A DNA stretch of 64,000 nucleotides from Actinomycetota bacterium (GCA_009380005.1 WHSQ01000006.1:967-64966); one strand, 5' to 3'; positions 19,850-30,117 are shown, counted from the first letter of the stretch. The notes: generated from the sequence alone by a model not told the origin. Numbers and translations are program-made.

Positions 19850-20710
19850 TTAGGCGGCGGCGCGAGCCTCCACCGTGACCGGCTTGACGGAGGCCGGAAC
19901 GCCTCGCGTCCGACGCAGGAAGATCGTGCCGACGGGGATCAGGTACGCGAAGTAGGCGATCAGCATCTCGATCGACGGGTTGGGCGACCAGCCGAACAGT
20001 CCCTTCAAGAAGTCGCCGAAGGTCGACTCGTCCGGGTTGAGCCACGTCACCGAGCTGATGTCCCAGACGTGCTCGAGCGCCGTCGGGATGAGACCAACCT
20101 CCTGGAACTCGTGGATCCCCTTCGCGAGGAGACCGGCGGCGAACAACAGCACGAGGATCCCCGTGACCCGGAAGAAGGCGCGGAGGTTCACGCGACGCGA
20201 GCCGAGGTAGACGAGGTAGCCGATGGCGGCGGCGGCGGCCAGGCCGACCAGGCCGCCGGCGAAGACGGCGGCGTTCGACTCGGTGCCGACGGTCGCGGAC
20301 AGGAGGAAGAGGGCCGATTCGAGGCCCTCTCGCAGGATCGCGATGAAGGCGATCAGCGCCAGGGCGGTCGTGGATCGCGCCGCCAGGGCGGCGTCGACCT
20401 TCGACTGCAGGTTGCCCTTGATGCTGCGCGCCTGACGAGCCATCCAGAAGATCATCCACGTCAGAACGCCCGCGGCGGTGAATGCGATCAGGCCCTCGAC
20501 GATCTCTTCCGTCTCGCCCTCGAGCCCGCCGACGGCGGAGAAGATGGCGATCCCGGCGACCAGCGCGACCAGGACGCCTCCGGCGACGCCGGCCCACACC
20601 GTCTTGAACTGTTCCTTCCGCCCCAGGGTCCTGAGGTACGCCAGGACGATGGCGACGATGAGAGCGGCCTCGAGGCCCTCTCGAAGCATCAACAAGAACG
20701 AACTGCCCAC
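19850..20710 (-). CDS. FTR1/EfeU-family high-affinity iron permease
   Basis: Two REGLE motifs (MLREGLEAALIV, ILREGLESALFL), seven hydrophobic helices, and an AGGAGG Shine-Dalgarno before the GTG start. Confidence 0.85.
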   Translation of the reverse strand: MGSSFLLMLREGLEAALIVAIVLAYLRTLGRKEQFKTVWAGVAGGVLVALVAGIAIFSAVGGLEGETEEIVEGLIAFTAAGVLTWMIFWMARQARSIKGNLQSKVDAALAARSTTALALIAFIAILREGLESALFLLSATVGTESNAAVFAGGLVGLAAAAAIGYLVYLGSRRVNLRAFFRVTGILVLLFAAGLLAKGIHEFQEVGLIPTALEHVWDISSVTWLNPDESTFGDFLKGLFGWSPNPSIEMLIAYFAYLIPVGTIFLRRTRGVPASVKPVTVEARAAA

Positions 20711-20742
20711 GGCTCTGCCTCCTGTTCGGGTGACCGTAGAGG

Positions 20743-20761
20743 GGAGGTTAGGCCACCCTTA
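20743..20761. promoter_or_regulatory. Candidate DtxR/IdeR iron box upstream of the FTR1 permease gene
   Basis: GGAGGTTAGGCCACCCTTA matches the IdeR consensus TTAGGTTAGGCTAACCTAA at 14 of 19 positions (by eye). It lies 33-51 nt upstream of the permease start and just downstream of the dtxR-family gene. Confidence 0.4.
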
Positions 20762-20780
20762 CATGAGCCGTCAAACGAGC

Positions 20781-21464
20781 CTAAGACAAGATCCAGAGGT
20801 TGTCGGCGAGATGGGGGCCGAGCGCCACCCGGTCTCCGGCGACCTCCAGGGTCCGGGTGCCGTCGGGGCCCACCTCCACGAGGGTCAGCTCGTGGCCGGG
20901 CATCAGCTTGTGGTCCTCGAGGTACCTCATGACCTCGCCGTCGAGCTCGACGTCTTCGAGCAGTCGCTTCAGCGTCCCCCTGTCGCCCGGCGCCATCGAC
21001 GCGACCGGCTTCAGGTCCGACCACGGGATGGCGGAGTCGGCCCCCGGTATGGGGTTGCCGTGGGGACACGTCGGGTCGCCCTCGATCCGGTCCAGGATCG
21101 CGTTCTCGACCTCGGGGGTCATGACCTTCTCCCAGTCCTCGGCCAGGTGATGGCACATGTGCCACGGGATCCCGAGGATGTCGGTCAGCATCCGCTCGGC
21201 CAGCCGATGACGTCGTACCAGGGTCTCGGCTACGGGGCGGCCCTCCTCGGTCAGCGCGAGCACCCGGTCCGGCCCGACGACGACGTAGCCGTCGGCGACC
21301 AGGCGTTTGATCCCTTCGGAGACGGTTGCCGGAGCGAGGTGGAGACGTTCTCCGATACGAGCCTGGAGGATGCGCTGGCCCTCCTCCTCCAGCTCGTAGA
21401 TGGCCTCCAGGTACTCCTTGGACGCCGGGTTGAGATCGCGTAGGTCTGGTGACGAGGGATCCAT
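20781..21464 (-). CDS. DtxR/IdeR-family metal-dependent transcriptional regulator
   Basis: KEYLEAIYELEEEG HTH region, a metal-site region (RRHRLAERMLTD...WHMCHHLAEDWEKV) and a C-terminal SH3/FeoA-like domain are present. I use the internal ATG at 21464 because the track start at 21503 would overlap the divergent polA start. Confidence 0.85.
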   Translation of the reverse strand: MDPSSPDLRDLNPASKEYLEAIYELEEEGQRILQARIGERLHLAPATVSEGIKRLVADGYVVVGPDRVLALTEEGRPVAETLVRRHRLAERMLTDILGIPWHMCHHLAEDWEKVMTPEVENAILDRIEGDPTCPHGNPIPGADSAIPWSDLKPVASMAPGDRGTLKRLLEDVELDGEVMRYLEDHKLMPGHELTLVEVGPDGTRTLEVAGDRVALGPHLADNLWILS

Positions 21465-21492
21465 CGCACCCGAATCGTATATTGGCTGAGAC

Positions 21493-24207
21493 ATGACTCC
21501 CAAGTCTGCGAAGAAGCGTCCGAAGCTTCTGCTCGTCGACGGTCACTCCCTCGCCTTCCGCGCGTTCTACGCCCTTCCCGAGGACCTCACGACAACCGAC
21601 GGGACCCACACGAACGCCGTCTACGGCTTCACGGCGATGCTGATCAAGATGCTCCAAGAGGAGAAGCCGGACTACATCGCGGCCAGCTTCGATCTCGGCG
21701 GGAAACCGAACGAACGTAAGGAGATCTACTCCGATTACAAGGCCAACCGGGTGGGGGAAGCGCCGGAGCATTTCACGCCGCAGGTACCTCTCATATATGA
21801 GGTCCTGAAGACGCTTCGGATCCCGATCTACGGCATCGAGGGCCACGAGGCCGACGACATAATCGCCTACCTCGCCAAGTGCACCGAGGCCGAGGGGGTC
21901 GACGTTCGCATCGTCACCGGCGACCGTGACTTCTTCCAGTTGGTGAACGAGAACATCCACGTCCTCTACAACCGGCGCGGGATTAGCGACATCGTGGACA
22001 TGGATGCGAAGGCCGTGGAGGCGCGCTACGGGGTGCCGCCCATCAAGTACGTCGATCTCAAGGCTCTCGAGGGAGACAACTCCGACAACATCCCCGGGGT
22101 CCCGGGGGTCGGCACCAAGACGGCCGCCAAGCTCGTGCAGAGGTACGGAAGTGCCGAAGGGGCGGTGAGCCATTCGGACGAGCAGACCCCGAAGCTCGCG
22201 CAGAACCTGGCCGCGCACGGCGATCAGGTGGCCATCAACAAGGAGCTCACGACGTTGCGCCCCGTTCCCCTCGAGGGGGTCGGTCTCGAGGACCTGAAGA
22301 TGGGGGCATGGGACCTCGATGAGATAGGCGAGTTGTTCAAGTCGCTGGAGTTCAGAACCTTGCTGGAACGTCTGATGTCGGATCTGCCCGACACGGCTCA
22401 GGGCGAGGGCGAACCATTCGAGTTGGAGGTTCGGACCGTAGCGACCGTCGTGGAGCTCGAGGAGCTGGCCGGTGAGCTCGGCCATGCCGGAACGTTCTCG
22501 GTCGAGGCGGTTCCCTCGGCCCCCCGTTCCGGTCCCCGCCAGATCGCGTTCTCGTGGGGTGAGGATCGGGTCGTCTTCGTGCCCCTCGGGTCGAGAGGCG
22601 TTTCGGAGGAGGAGGTGGCCGCGGCTCTGGGTCCGGTCCTCGCCGGGAAGGGCACGCGCAAGCGTGCACACGGCGCTCGCGAGATCCTGTTGTCCTTCGA
22701 GGCCATCGGGCTGGAGCTCGACGGTCTGGAGCTCGATACGCACGTCGCCTCCTACCTACTTGATCCCGCGGCCTCCGGCTACGCTCTCGAAGAGATCGCT
22801 CGCAAGTACACGGGCCGCGAGCTCAAAGCGGTGGGATGGGCCGACGAGGACGAAGACGCGCAAGGCAGGCTGGCCCTCGGGGCTGAGACCTCCGCGCAGC
22901 GTGAGGCCGAAGAGTTGGGGCTACGGGCTCTTGCGGTCGCCGAGATCGCCGACGCGGTCGTCCCCGAGCTCGAACGTCTGGGGATGCTCGATCTCTACCG
23001 GACCGTCGAGCACCCTCTGATCCCCGTCCTGGCGCGGATGGAGGGCGTCGGGGTACGGATCGATCTCGACTATCTGGCCGAGATGGCCCGGGATCTCGAC
23101 AAGCGCATCTCGGAGCTGGAAACGGAGTGCTACGAGCTCGCGGGGGAGCGCATCAACCTCGGTTCTCCGAGTCAGCTCCGCGTCTTGCTTTACGAGAAGC
23201 TGGGGCTCAAGACGACGCGCCGCACGAAGACTGGTCTCTCCACCGACGCACGCGCGCTGCAGCAGCTCGTCGATCAGCATCCCTTCGTCGGCAAGCTCCT
23301 CGACTACCGCGAGCTGGCGAAGCTCAAGAACACCTACGTGGACGCTCTGCCACCGTTGGTGGATCCGCGCGACGGTCGTGTACATACGACGTACGACCAG
23401 ACGTCCACGACGACCGGACGACTATCGAGCACGAACCCGAACCTACAGAACATCCCCGTGCGTACCGATCTCGGGAAACAGATCCGGCGCGCCTTCATCC
23501 CTGAAGAAGGAAACCTGTTGCTGTCGGCCGATTACTCGCAGATCGAGCTGCGCGTCATGGCTCATCTCTCAGAGGACCCGATCTTGCTCGAGGTGTTCGC
23601 AGAGGGCAAGGACGTACACACCGAGACCGCGTCGCGCATCTTCGACCTGGATCCCGGGGAGTTGAGGACGCACCATCGCTCTACGGCGAAGATGGTGAAC
23701 TACGGGCTTAGCTACGGGATGGGCGCACCCGGACTGGCGGAACGATTGAACATCCCCGTGGATGAGGCGCGCGGCGTCATGGACGCGTACTTCGAGGTTT
23801 TCGAAGGCGTGAACGAGTTCCTGGAGCAGATCGTCAAGCACGCCCACACCGACGGGTTCACGACCACCATGTTCGGCCGGCGCCGGTACCTGCCCGAGTT
23901 GGGAAGCGGCAATCCACGCGTGCGGGCGATCGGGGAGCGCCAGGCCCTCAACGCGCCGATCCAGGGCACCGCCGCCGACATCATGAAGTTGGCGATGATC
24001 AACGTCGATCGGGCTCTGGTCGGATCGAAGCTGGGGACGAAGATGATCATGACGGTGCACGATGAGCTGGTCTTCGAGGTGCCGCGCGATGAGGCGGACG
24101 AGGCCCGGGCCCTGGTCGAAAGGGAGATGACGGGCGTATGCGACATGAAGGTCCCCCTCGCGGTCGACGTTTCGGTCGGAGAGAACTGGGCGGCGGCGAA
24201 GGATTAA
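21493..24207 (+). CDS. polA: DNA polymerase I
   Basis: 904 aa with a 5'-3' exonuclease N-terminus (LLLVDGHSLAFRAFYAL). Polymerase motifs A (LLSADYSQIELRVMAH), B (RSTAKMVNYGLSYG) and C (VHDELVFE) are present. Confidence 0.97.
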   Translation: MTPKSAKKRPKLLLVDGHSLAFRAFYALPEDLTTTDGTHTNAVYGFTAMLIKMLQEEKPDYIAASFDLGGKPNERKEIYSDYKANRVGEAPEHFTPQVPLIYEVLKTLRIPIYGIEGHEADDIIAYLAKCTEAEGVDVRIVTGDRDFFQLVNENIHVLYNRRGISDIVDMDAKAVEARYGVPPIKYVDLKALEGDNSDNIPGVPGVGTKTAAKLVQRYGSAEGAVSHSDEQTPKLAQNLAAHGDQVAINKELTTLRPVPLEGVGLEDLKMGAWDLDEIGELFKSLEFRTLLERLMSDLPDTAQGEGEPFELEVRTVATVVELEELAGELGHAGTFSVEAVPSAPRSGPRQIAFSWGEDRVVFVPLGSRGVSEEEVAAALGPVLAGKGTRKRAHGAREILLSFEAIGLELDGLELDTHVASYLLDPAASGYALEEIARKYTGRELKAVGWADEDEDAQGRLALGAETSAQREAEELGLRALAVAEIADAVVPELERLGMLDLYRTVEHPLIPVLARMEGVGVRIDLDYLAEMARDLDKRISELETECYELAGERINLGSPSQLRVLLYEKLGLKTTRRTKTGLSTDARALQQLVDQHPFVGKLLDYRELAKLKNTYVDALPPLVDPRDGRVHTTYDQTSTTTGRLSSTNPNLQNIPVRTDLGKQIRRAFIPEEGNLLLSADYSQIELRVMAHLSEDPILLEVFAEGKDVHTETASRIFDLDPGELRTHHRSTAKMVNYGLSYGMGAPGLAERLNIPVDEARGVMDAYFEVFEGVNEFLEQIVKHAHTDGFTTTMFGRRRYLPELGSGNPRVRAIGERQALNAPIQGTAADIMKLAMINVDRALVGSKLGTKMIMTVHDELVFEVPRDEADEARALVEREMTGVCDMKVPLAVDVSVGENWAAAKD

Positions 24208-24281
24208 CGCCGGCGCTACGCATGTTTGTGTAGCCGCGTCCCCTGGCTGTTTCCAGATCGTTCCATCAGCATGGAGTCCTG

Positions 24282-25349
24282 ATGAGGACATCCGATCGGG
24301 AAGGGTCGATCCGGGGCTCGCTGAGGCGCGGGATCACCCCCCGCTACGTGCTGGAGCTCGCGCTCGAGGTCATGTCCGATGCGGTCGTCGTCCTGAACCA
24401 AGAGGGCGAGATAGTCGGGCTGAACCGGCATGCACAGGAGTTGTTCGGGTATCGAGCGGAGGAACTTCTGGGCGAGTACCTGGAGGTGCTCGTCATCGAC
24501 GCGGCCCGCCGGCGTGGCCCGGGGGGCCGCGAGCTCGATCTGACGCGGAGCCGGTTACCGGAGCCGCTCGGGCGGAGGCGGGACGGCAGTCGGTTCCCGA
24601 TCGATATCGGCTTCCAGACGATCGAGACGGAGCGAGGGGCGATGACGCTGACGACGTTCCGCGACATCTCGGAGCGTCGTCAGATCGACAAGATGAAGTC
24701 CGACTTCATCCAGAACGCGGCGCACGAGTTGCGCACGCCGCTGGCGGCCGTCGCCGGTCTGGTGTCGGTGCTGTCACAGCACCGTGGCTCGATGAGCGAT
24801 GACCAGCTCGACAACACCCTCATCGCTCTCCAGAAGCAGGGGGAGCGAGCCAGGGGCATGGTCAACAACCTGCTCGATCTGACGCAGCTGCAGCATGGGC
24901 ATCTCGAACTTGCCATCGAGGACGTCGCGATACGCGCCGCGTTGGAGTCCGTACTGGAGGGGCATCCTGCACCGCCCGAGATCGAGATCGAGTTCCAGAT
25001 GGCCGAGGAGGCGATCATCCGGGTGGACGCTCGGCGTTTGACGCAGGTGATCGTGAACCTCTTGACGAACGCTTATCGATCCGGTGCCGCGCGCGTCCGG
25101 ATCGAGGGAGCGTCGATGCGCAAGCAGGTCTTGATCCGGGTCGAGGACGACGGTGAAGGCGTCTCACCAGAGCTTCGTGATGGCCTCTTCGAACCCTTCA
25201 GCCGAGGGTTCAACCGGGGCCCGGAAGGCTCCGGCCTCGGGCTTGTCCTCGGCCGTGACCTGGTCGAGGCCTTCGGAGGCGACCTGTGGCACGAACCGGT
25301 CGAGCCGCACGGGTCCCGCTTCAACATCAGGGTCCCCCGTTCCGACTGA
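24282..25349 (+). CDS. Cytoplasmic PAS-domain sensor histidine kinase
   Basis: PAS region (VVVLNQEGEIVGLNRHAQELFGY), H-box AAHELRTPLAAV, and HATPase boxes (LLTNAYRSG, DDGEGV, GSGLGL). There is no TM segment and no adjacent response regulator. Confidence 0.85.
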   Translation: MRTSDREGSIRGSLRRGITPRYVLELALEVMSDAVVVLNQEGEIVGLNRHAQELFGYRAEELLGEYLEVLVIDAARRRGPGGRELDLTRSRLPEPLGRRRDGSRFPIDIGFQTIETERGAMTLTTFRDISERRQIDKMKSDFIQNAAHELRTPLAAVAGLVSVLSQHRGSMSDDQLDNTLIALQKQGERARGMVNNLLDLTQLQHGHLELAIEDVAIRAALESVLEGHPAPPEIEIEFQMAEEAIIRVDARRLTQVIVNLLTNAYRSGAARVRIEGASMRKQVLIRVEDDGEGVSPELRDGLFEPFSRGFNRGPEGSGLGLVLGRDLVEAFGGDLWHEPVEPHGSRFNIRVPRSD

Positions 25350-25540
25350 GCCGACCTTCGATCACGCTCCACGTGTAGGCGGGAATCGCCGGGGCACCCA
25401 AGCCCAGCCCGGTAACGGGCCCCGATCTGCCGCTACGGCTGCCGTGCTTGTGCGTTTGAGCAGGTCACCACGCCGCACGTATACTTCGCCACGCCTCCGC
25501 CGGGACGGGGGCGAATCTTTGTAAGGAGGAGTCCACCTAC

Positions 25541-27280
25541 ATGACCGAAGAGCAAGACCGGGCTGCGGAAGCCACGGAAGCCACCCTGCCGGACGGCAGC
25601 GGAGGCGTGATCACCCGAACCGCCCCCTCGACCTCGGGCGAGACCTTCGCCGGAGGGGTCATCGTCGAGAACGACGTCGGCGACAGCCCGGAAGAGCTGA
25701 TGGCCGCCATCGAAGCAACCATCCGCCCGTTCGACGAGGGCGGACTGGTCACCGGACACATCGTCAAGATCGACAAGGACGAGGTCCTGCTGGACATCGG
25801 CTACAAGTCCGAGGGCGTCATCCCACTGCGTGAGTTGTCCATCCGCAACGACGTCGACCCCCACGAGGTCGTCTCGCTGGGCGACGAGGTGGAGGCCCTG
25901 GTCCTGCAGAAGGAGGACGCGGACGGCCGTCTGATCCTGTCCAAGAAGCGGGCCCAGTACGAGCGTGCCTGGGGCAGGATCGAGGAGATCAAGAACGTCG
26001 ACGGCACCGTCAGTGGCGCCGTTATCGAGGTCGTGAAGGGTGGCCTGATCCTCGACATCGGCCTCCGCGGCTTCCTTCCCGCGTCGCTCGTGGAGATGCG
26101 TCGCGTGCGCGACCTGCAGCCCTACGTCGGCAAGGAGCTCGAGTGCCGCATCATCGAGCTCGACAAGAACCGCAATAACGTCGTGCTTTCACGTCGCAAG
26201 TTCCTGGAGGAATCGCAGGCGGAGCAGCGTCAGGAGTTCCTGACCTCGCTCGCCAAGGGCGAGGTTCGCACGGGCGTCGTTTCCTCGATCGTCAACTTCG
26301 GAGCGTTCGTGGACCTGGGTGGCGTCGATGGACTGGTCCACGTGAGCGAATTGTCGTGGAAGCACGTAGATCATCCCAGTGAGGTCGTCGAGGTGGGACA
26401 AGAGGTGAACGTAGAGGTCCTGGACGTGGATCTCGAACGCGAACGCGTATCGCTGTCGCTCAAGGCCACTCAGGAGGACCCGTGGCGCCAGTTCGCCCGG
26501 CGTCACGATGTGGGCGACGTGATCGAGGGCCGGGTGACGAAGCTCGTCCCCTTCGGCGCTTTCGTCGAGGTGGACGATGCGATCGAGGGTCTCGTTCACA
26601 TCAGCGAGTTGGCCGAGCATCACGTCGAGAAGGCCGAGGACGAGGTTCGCGTCCACGATCGCGTTCCGGTCAAGATCATCGACATCGACCTGGATCGTCG
26701 CCGCATCAGCCTGTCGCGCAAGCAGGCGATGCCATCGGCAGCGCAAACGGTCGAGGGCGCGGCCGCCGAAGAGATGCAGCTGGAGCGCGAATCTGCCGAG
26801 ATGGAGGTCGAGGTCCGCGAGGCGTCGGAGGACGCCGGCGTCTCGACGGTGGATCCCGCTCAAGCGCCCCACGACGAGGCCGAGATCGCGACCGCGGCGG
26901 AGGGGGCCCCGGACATCGTCGGCACGGAAGCCACCGCCCCCGAGGTCGCGCGGTCGGCCGCCGATGCCGCCGAGGCAGCTCCGCCCGAGGAGGCCGATGA
27001 GGCTGCGTACGTTTCCGAGATGACCCGGGAGCGGGCTCCCTCGGACAAGGAGCAGGTCACCGCGGCCGAGCCCGCCGTCGACACGTTGGACGAACGGGTC
27101 GCTCAGGAGGAACCGGACACGGTCGGCCCGGAGCCGGGCGAGGCTGCCGAGGACATCCCGACGCCGGCCGCCGAGGGCGGCGAGCCCGGTCCCGAACGCG
27201 AGGAGCCCTCCGACCGCGACGACCGTGAGGAGTCGCTGGAGTCCATCGTCCAGGATCTCAAGCGAGAGCGCGGCCAGTAG
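25541..27280 (+). CDS. rpsA: 30S ribosomal protein S1 with a long acidic C-terminal extension
   Basis: Four S1 OB-fold repeats (for example GTVSGAVIEVVKGGLILDIG, VRTGVVSSIVNFGAFVDLGG, VIEGRVTKLVPFGAFVEV) and a TAAGGAGGAG Shine-Dalgarno. The last ~180 aa are E/D/A/P-rich low complexity. Confidence 0.95.
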   Translation: MTEEQDRAAEATEATLPDGSGGVITRTAPSTSGETFAGGVIVENDVGDSPEELMAAIEATIRPFDEGGLVTGHIVKIDKDEVLLDIGYKSEGVIPLRELSIRNDVDPHEVVSLGDEVEALVLQKEDADGRLILSKKRAQYERAWGRIEEIKNVDGTVSGAVIEVVKGGLILDIGLRGFLPASLVEMRRVRDLQPYVGKELECRIIELDKNRNNVVLSRRKFLEESQAEQRQEFLTSLAKGEVRTGVVSSIVNFGAFVDLGGVDGLVHVSELSWKHVDHPSEVVEVGQEVNVEVLDVDLERERVSLSLKATQEDPWRQFARRHDVGDVIEGRVTKLVPFGAFVEVDDAIEGLVHISELAEHHVEKAEDEVRVHDRVPVKIIDIDLDRRRISLSRKQAMPSAAQTVEGAAAEEMQLERESAEMEVEVREASEDAGVSTVDPAQAPHDEAEIATAAEGAPDIVGTEATAPEVARSAADAAEAAPPEEADEAAYVSEMTRERAPSDKEQVTAAEPAVDTLDERVAQEEPDTVGPEPGEAAEDIPTPAAEGGEPGPEREEPSDRDDREESLESIVQDLKRERGQ

Positions 27281-27302
27281 CTGCGGCGCGTCGTCCACAA
27301 CC

Positions 27303-27914
27303 TTGTACGTCGTAGGTCTGACCGGGGGCATCGGTTCCGGGAAGTCCACCTTCGCCGCTCTGCTGGTCGAACGCGGGGCGCAGGTCATCGATGCCGACCA
27401 GTTGGGCCGCGACGCCCTGCGCCCGGGAGCACCGGCGTGGCACTCCGTCCTCGACACGTTCGGTGATCAGATCCTCGCCGCGGGCACGATGGAGATAGAT
27501 CGGGCGCGGCTCGCGGACATCGTGTTCGCCGATAGCAGGAGGTTGGCGGCGTTGAACGCGATCGTTCATCCCGTGATCTTCGGCGGCATCGCCGACGATC
27601 TCGATCGACTGAGGGGAACGGACGAGATCGTGATCGTCGACGTCGCGTTGCTGTCGGAGACGGGGCTCGATCGGGGCATGGATTGCATCGTCGCCGTCAC
27701 GACCAACCGGCAGCTGCGGACGAAACGGCTGCAGCGAGACCGCGGTATGACCTTGTCCCAGATACAAGCCCGCATGGGGGCCCAGAAACCGCCGGAAGAG
27801 CTGGAGGCTATGGCCGACGTCGTCGTTCGAAACAACGGCGATCTCGAGGATCTCGCTCGGGAAGCGGACAGGGTGTGGGCCGAGCTCGAGCGCAGACGCG
27901 ACGCGGCGCGGTGA
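27303..27914 (+). CDS. coaE: Dephospho-CoA kinase
   Basis: P-loop VVGLTGGIGSGKST sits right after a TTG at 27303, and IDADQLGR follows. The track start at 27225 lies inside rpsA and is unlikely. Confidence 0.88.
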   Translation: MYVVGLTGGIGSGKSTFAALLVERGAQVIDADQLGRDALRPGAPAWHSVLDTFGDQILAAGTMEIDRARLADIVFADSRRLAALNAIVHPVIFGGIADDLDRLRGTDEIVIVDVALLSETGLDRGMDCIVAVTTNRQLRTKRLQRDRGMTLSQIQARMGAQKPPEELEAMADVVVRNNGDLEDLAREADRVWAELERRRDAAR

Positions 27915-28609
27915 TAGAGGCCGTCTTCTTCGACGCGGGCGAGACCCTGCTCCGGCCACATCCCTCGTTCGCGGAGCTGTTCGCGACGATCTGCACGGAG
28001 AGCGACTCGCCGGTCACGCCCGACGAGGTGCGCGGGGTGCAGGAGCGTCTGGCTCCGCACCTCGTGGATCTCGCCGAGGACACGGGGGTGCGGAACCCCA
28101 CCTTCTCCGACGAGGGGTCGCGGACGTTCTGGACCTTCCTCTACCGGAGGTTCCTGGAGGAACTGGGTTTGGCGGGACGCGGTCTCGAAGACGCCCTGTA
28201 CGAGCGCTTCTCCGACAGCTCGTCGTACATGCTCTTCGACGACGTTCTGCCGGCACTCGACGCCATGGCTCGCGATCATCGACTCGGCTTGATCTCGAAC
28301 TTCGAGGGCTGGCTCGAGGAGAGGCTCGTGGAGCTCGATGTGGGACCGCGCTTCGAAGTGACGGTGATCTCCGGTGTGGAACTGATCGAGAAACCCGACC
28401 CCGGCATCTACGAGCTGGCCCTGCGCCGCATGGGATCGCCGGCCGAACGCTGCGCCCATGTGGGAGACAGCATCAAGCTCGATGTGGAACCGGCGATGGC
28501 TCTGGGGATGCACCCCGTCCTTCTCGATCGGGCGGATCGCTACGCCGACCCTCCGTGTCCGAAGATAACCACGTTGGAGGATCTGCCCCGCCTCGTAGCG
28601 AGCCTCTAA
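27911..28609 (+). CDS. HAD-superfamily hydrolase (subfamily IA-like)
   Basis: The GTG at 27911 overlaps the coaE stop (GTGA). Motif I is the variant FFDAGETLL. The late motifs are LISNFEG and HVGDSIKLDV. Confidence 0.75.
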   Translation: MIEAVFFDAGETLLRPHPSFAELFATICTESDSPVTPDEVRGVQERLAPHLVDLAEDTGVRNPTFSDEGSRTFWTFLYRRFLEELGLAGRGLEDALYERFSDSSSYMLFDDVLPALDAMARDHRLGLISNFEGWLEERLVELDVGPRFEVTVISGVELIEKPDPGIYELALRRMGSPAERCAHVGDSIKLDVEPAMALGMHPVLLDRADRYADPPCPKITTLEDLPRLVASL

Positions 28610-28643
28610 CGTCCGCATGGCACCGGGCTAGGATGCGCGCGGC

Positions 28644-30071
28644 ATGTCCGATCTGTCCTTCACCAGCGCCACGGAGCTCGCGCGGCTCGTGCGCGAGAGG
28701 GCCGTTTCCCCGGTCGAGATCGTGGACGGATGCCTCGATCGCATCGAGAAGATCGATCCGAGCATCAATGCGTTCGTGGCACTCGTCGGAGACAGAGCCA
28801 GGGAGGAAGCGCGGCGAGCCGAGGCTCTCGTGATGCGCGGGGGAGAGCTGCCGGCTCTCCTGGGGGTCCCCATCGGGATCAAGGACCTGAACCTGACCGA
28901 GGGCATCACGACGACGTTCTCCTCGAAAGCGTTCGCCAACTTCGTCCCGGAGGTGGATCACTCCACCGTGCGGCGTATGCGATCGGCCGGCATGCTCGTG
29001 CTGGGCAAGACCAATACCCCGGAGTTCGGGTCGGTCCCCGTTACCGAGTCCGACCTCAACGGCGATTGCCACAACCCCTGGGACCCGGACAAGACGCCGG
29101 GGGGTTCCAGCGGCGGCTCGGGGGCCGCGGTCGCGGCCGGCATGGTGCCGGTCGCTCAGGGCACCGACGGAGGCGGCTCGGTTCGCATCCCCGCGTCGTG
29201 CTGCGGCCTGTTCGGGATCAAGCCGGCCCGCGGTCGCGTGTCCCATTCGCCCTCCACCGGCGAGGCGTGGTCCGGACTGTCCACCGATGGGGTGCTGGCC
29301 CGAACGGTGCAGGACGGCGCCGCGCTGCTCGACGTGATGAGCGGTTACGAGACCGGTGACCCGTACTGGGCTCCCTCACCGGCCCGGCCCTTCGCGGCCG
29401 AGGTAGGCCGCGACCCCGGCAACCTTCGGATCGCGTTCAGCGCTATCGCACCCAACGGGGCCTCGCCCGATCCGGAGGTCGCCGCAGCGCTCGCCGATGC
29501 CGCCCACCTGCTGGAGGAGCTCGGCCATCAGATGGAAGAGAGCGCTCCGGACTGGGTCGAACCCGAGGCCGCCGGTTTCTATCTGAAGCTGACCTGGTTC
29601 GTCAACGCTGCGTACTACGACTTCGACGACCTATCGCTACTCGAGCCGTTCAACCAGGTGTTCGCCGAGCTTGGTCGTGAGACATCGTCGTTCGACTACA
29701 TCAAGGCACGCGTGAGGGCGGAGCGATACACCAGGAAGGTCGTCGGCTTCTGGAACGACTTCGACCTCCTCCTGACCCCGACCGTCGCACTCCCACCACC
29801 CGATGTGGGTTGGGTCATGGAACCCGACGACCCGTGGGACAAGGCGGCTCGCTCGGGGATGTTCATCCCGTACACGCCGATCGCGAACATCACGGGGCAG
29901 CCGGCCGTGAACGTCCCGCTCTACTGGAGCGAGACCGGGCTCCCACTGGGCGTGCAGCTGATCGGGCGTCCGGCCGACGAAGCGACGCTCATCCGCGTGG
30001 CGTCGCAGCTCGAGGAGGCTCGGCCCTGGGCCGAACGCCGGCCGGCGATGTCGTATCTCGACCACCTGTAG
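28644..30071 (+). CDS. Amidase (amidase-signature family)
   Basis: 475 aa with the signature region [42 protein letters not shown] and a catalytic Ser-cisSer-Lys context. Confidence 0.9.
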   Translation: MSDLSFTSATELARLVRERAVSPVEIVDGCLDRIEKIDPSINAFVALVGDRAREEARRAEALVMRGGELPALLGVPIGIKDLNLTEGITTTFSSKAFANFVPEVDHSTVRRMRSAGMLVLGKTNTPEFGSVPVTESDLNGDCHNPWDPDKTPGGSSGGSGAAVAAGMVPVAQGTDGGGSVRIPASCCGLFGIKPARGRVSHSPSTGEAWSGLSTDGVLARTVQDGAALLDVMSGYETGDPYWAPSPARPFAAEVGRDPGNLRIAFSAIAPNGASPDPEVAAALADAAHLLEELGHQMEESAPDWVEPEAAGFYLKLTWFVNAAYYDFDDLSLLEPFNQVFAELGRETSSFDYIKARVRAERYTRKVVGFWNDFDLLLTPTVALPPPDVGWVMEPDDPWDKAARSGMFIPYTPIANITGQPAVNVPLYWSETGLPLGVQLIGRPADEATLIRVASQLEEARPWAERRPAMSYLDHL

Positions 30072-30117
30072 GGGCCGACTCCCGTCTTCGTCGCAAGGCA
30101 CACCTACACTGCTCGGT

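Noticed and set aside
21464-21503. Apparent head-to-head overlap of the dtxR-family and polA start codons (CATG at 21492-21495).
   Set aside because: It is most simply explained by the track choosing the longest ORF. The internal ATG at 21464 gives a canonical DtxR N-terminus and restores a short divergent promoter region.
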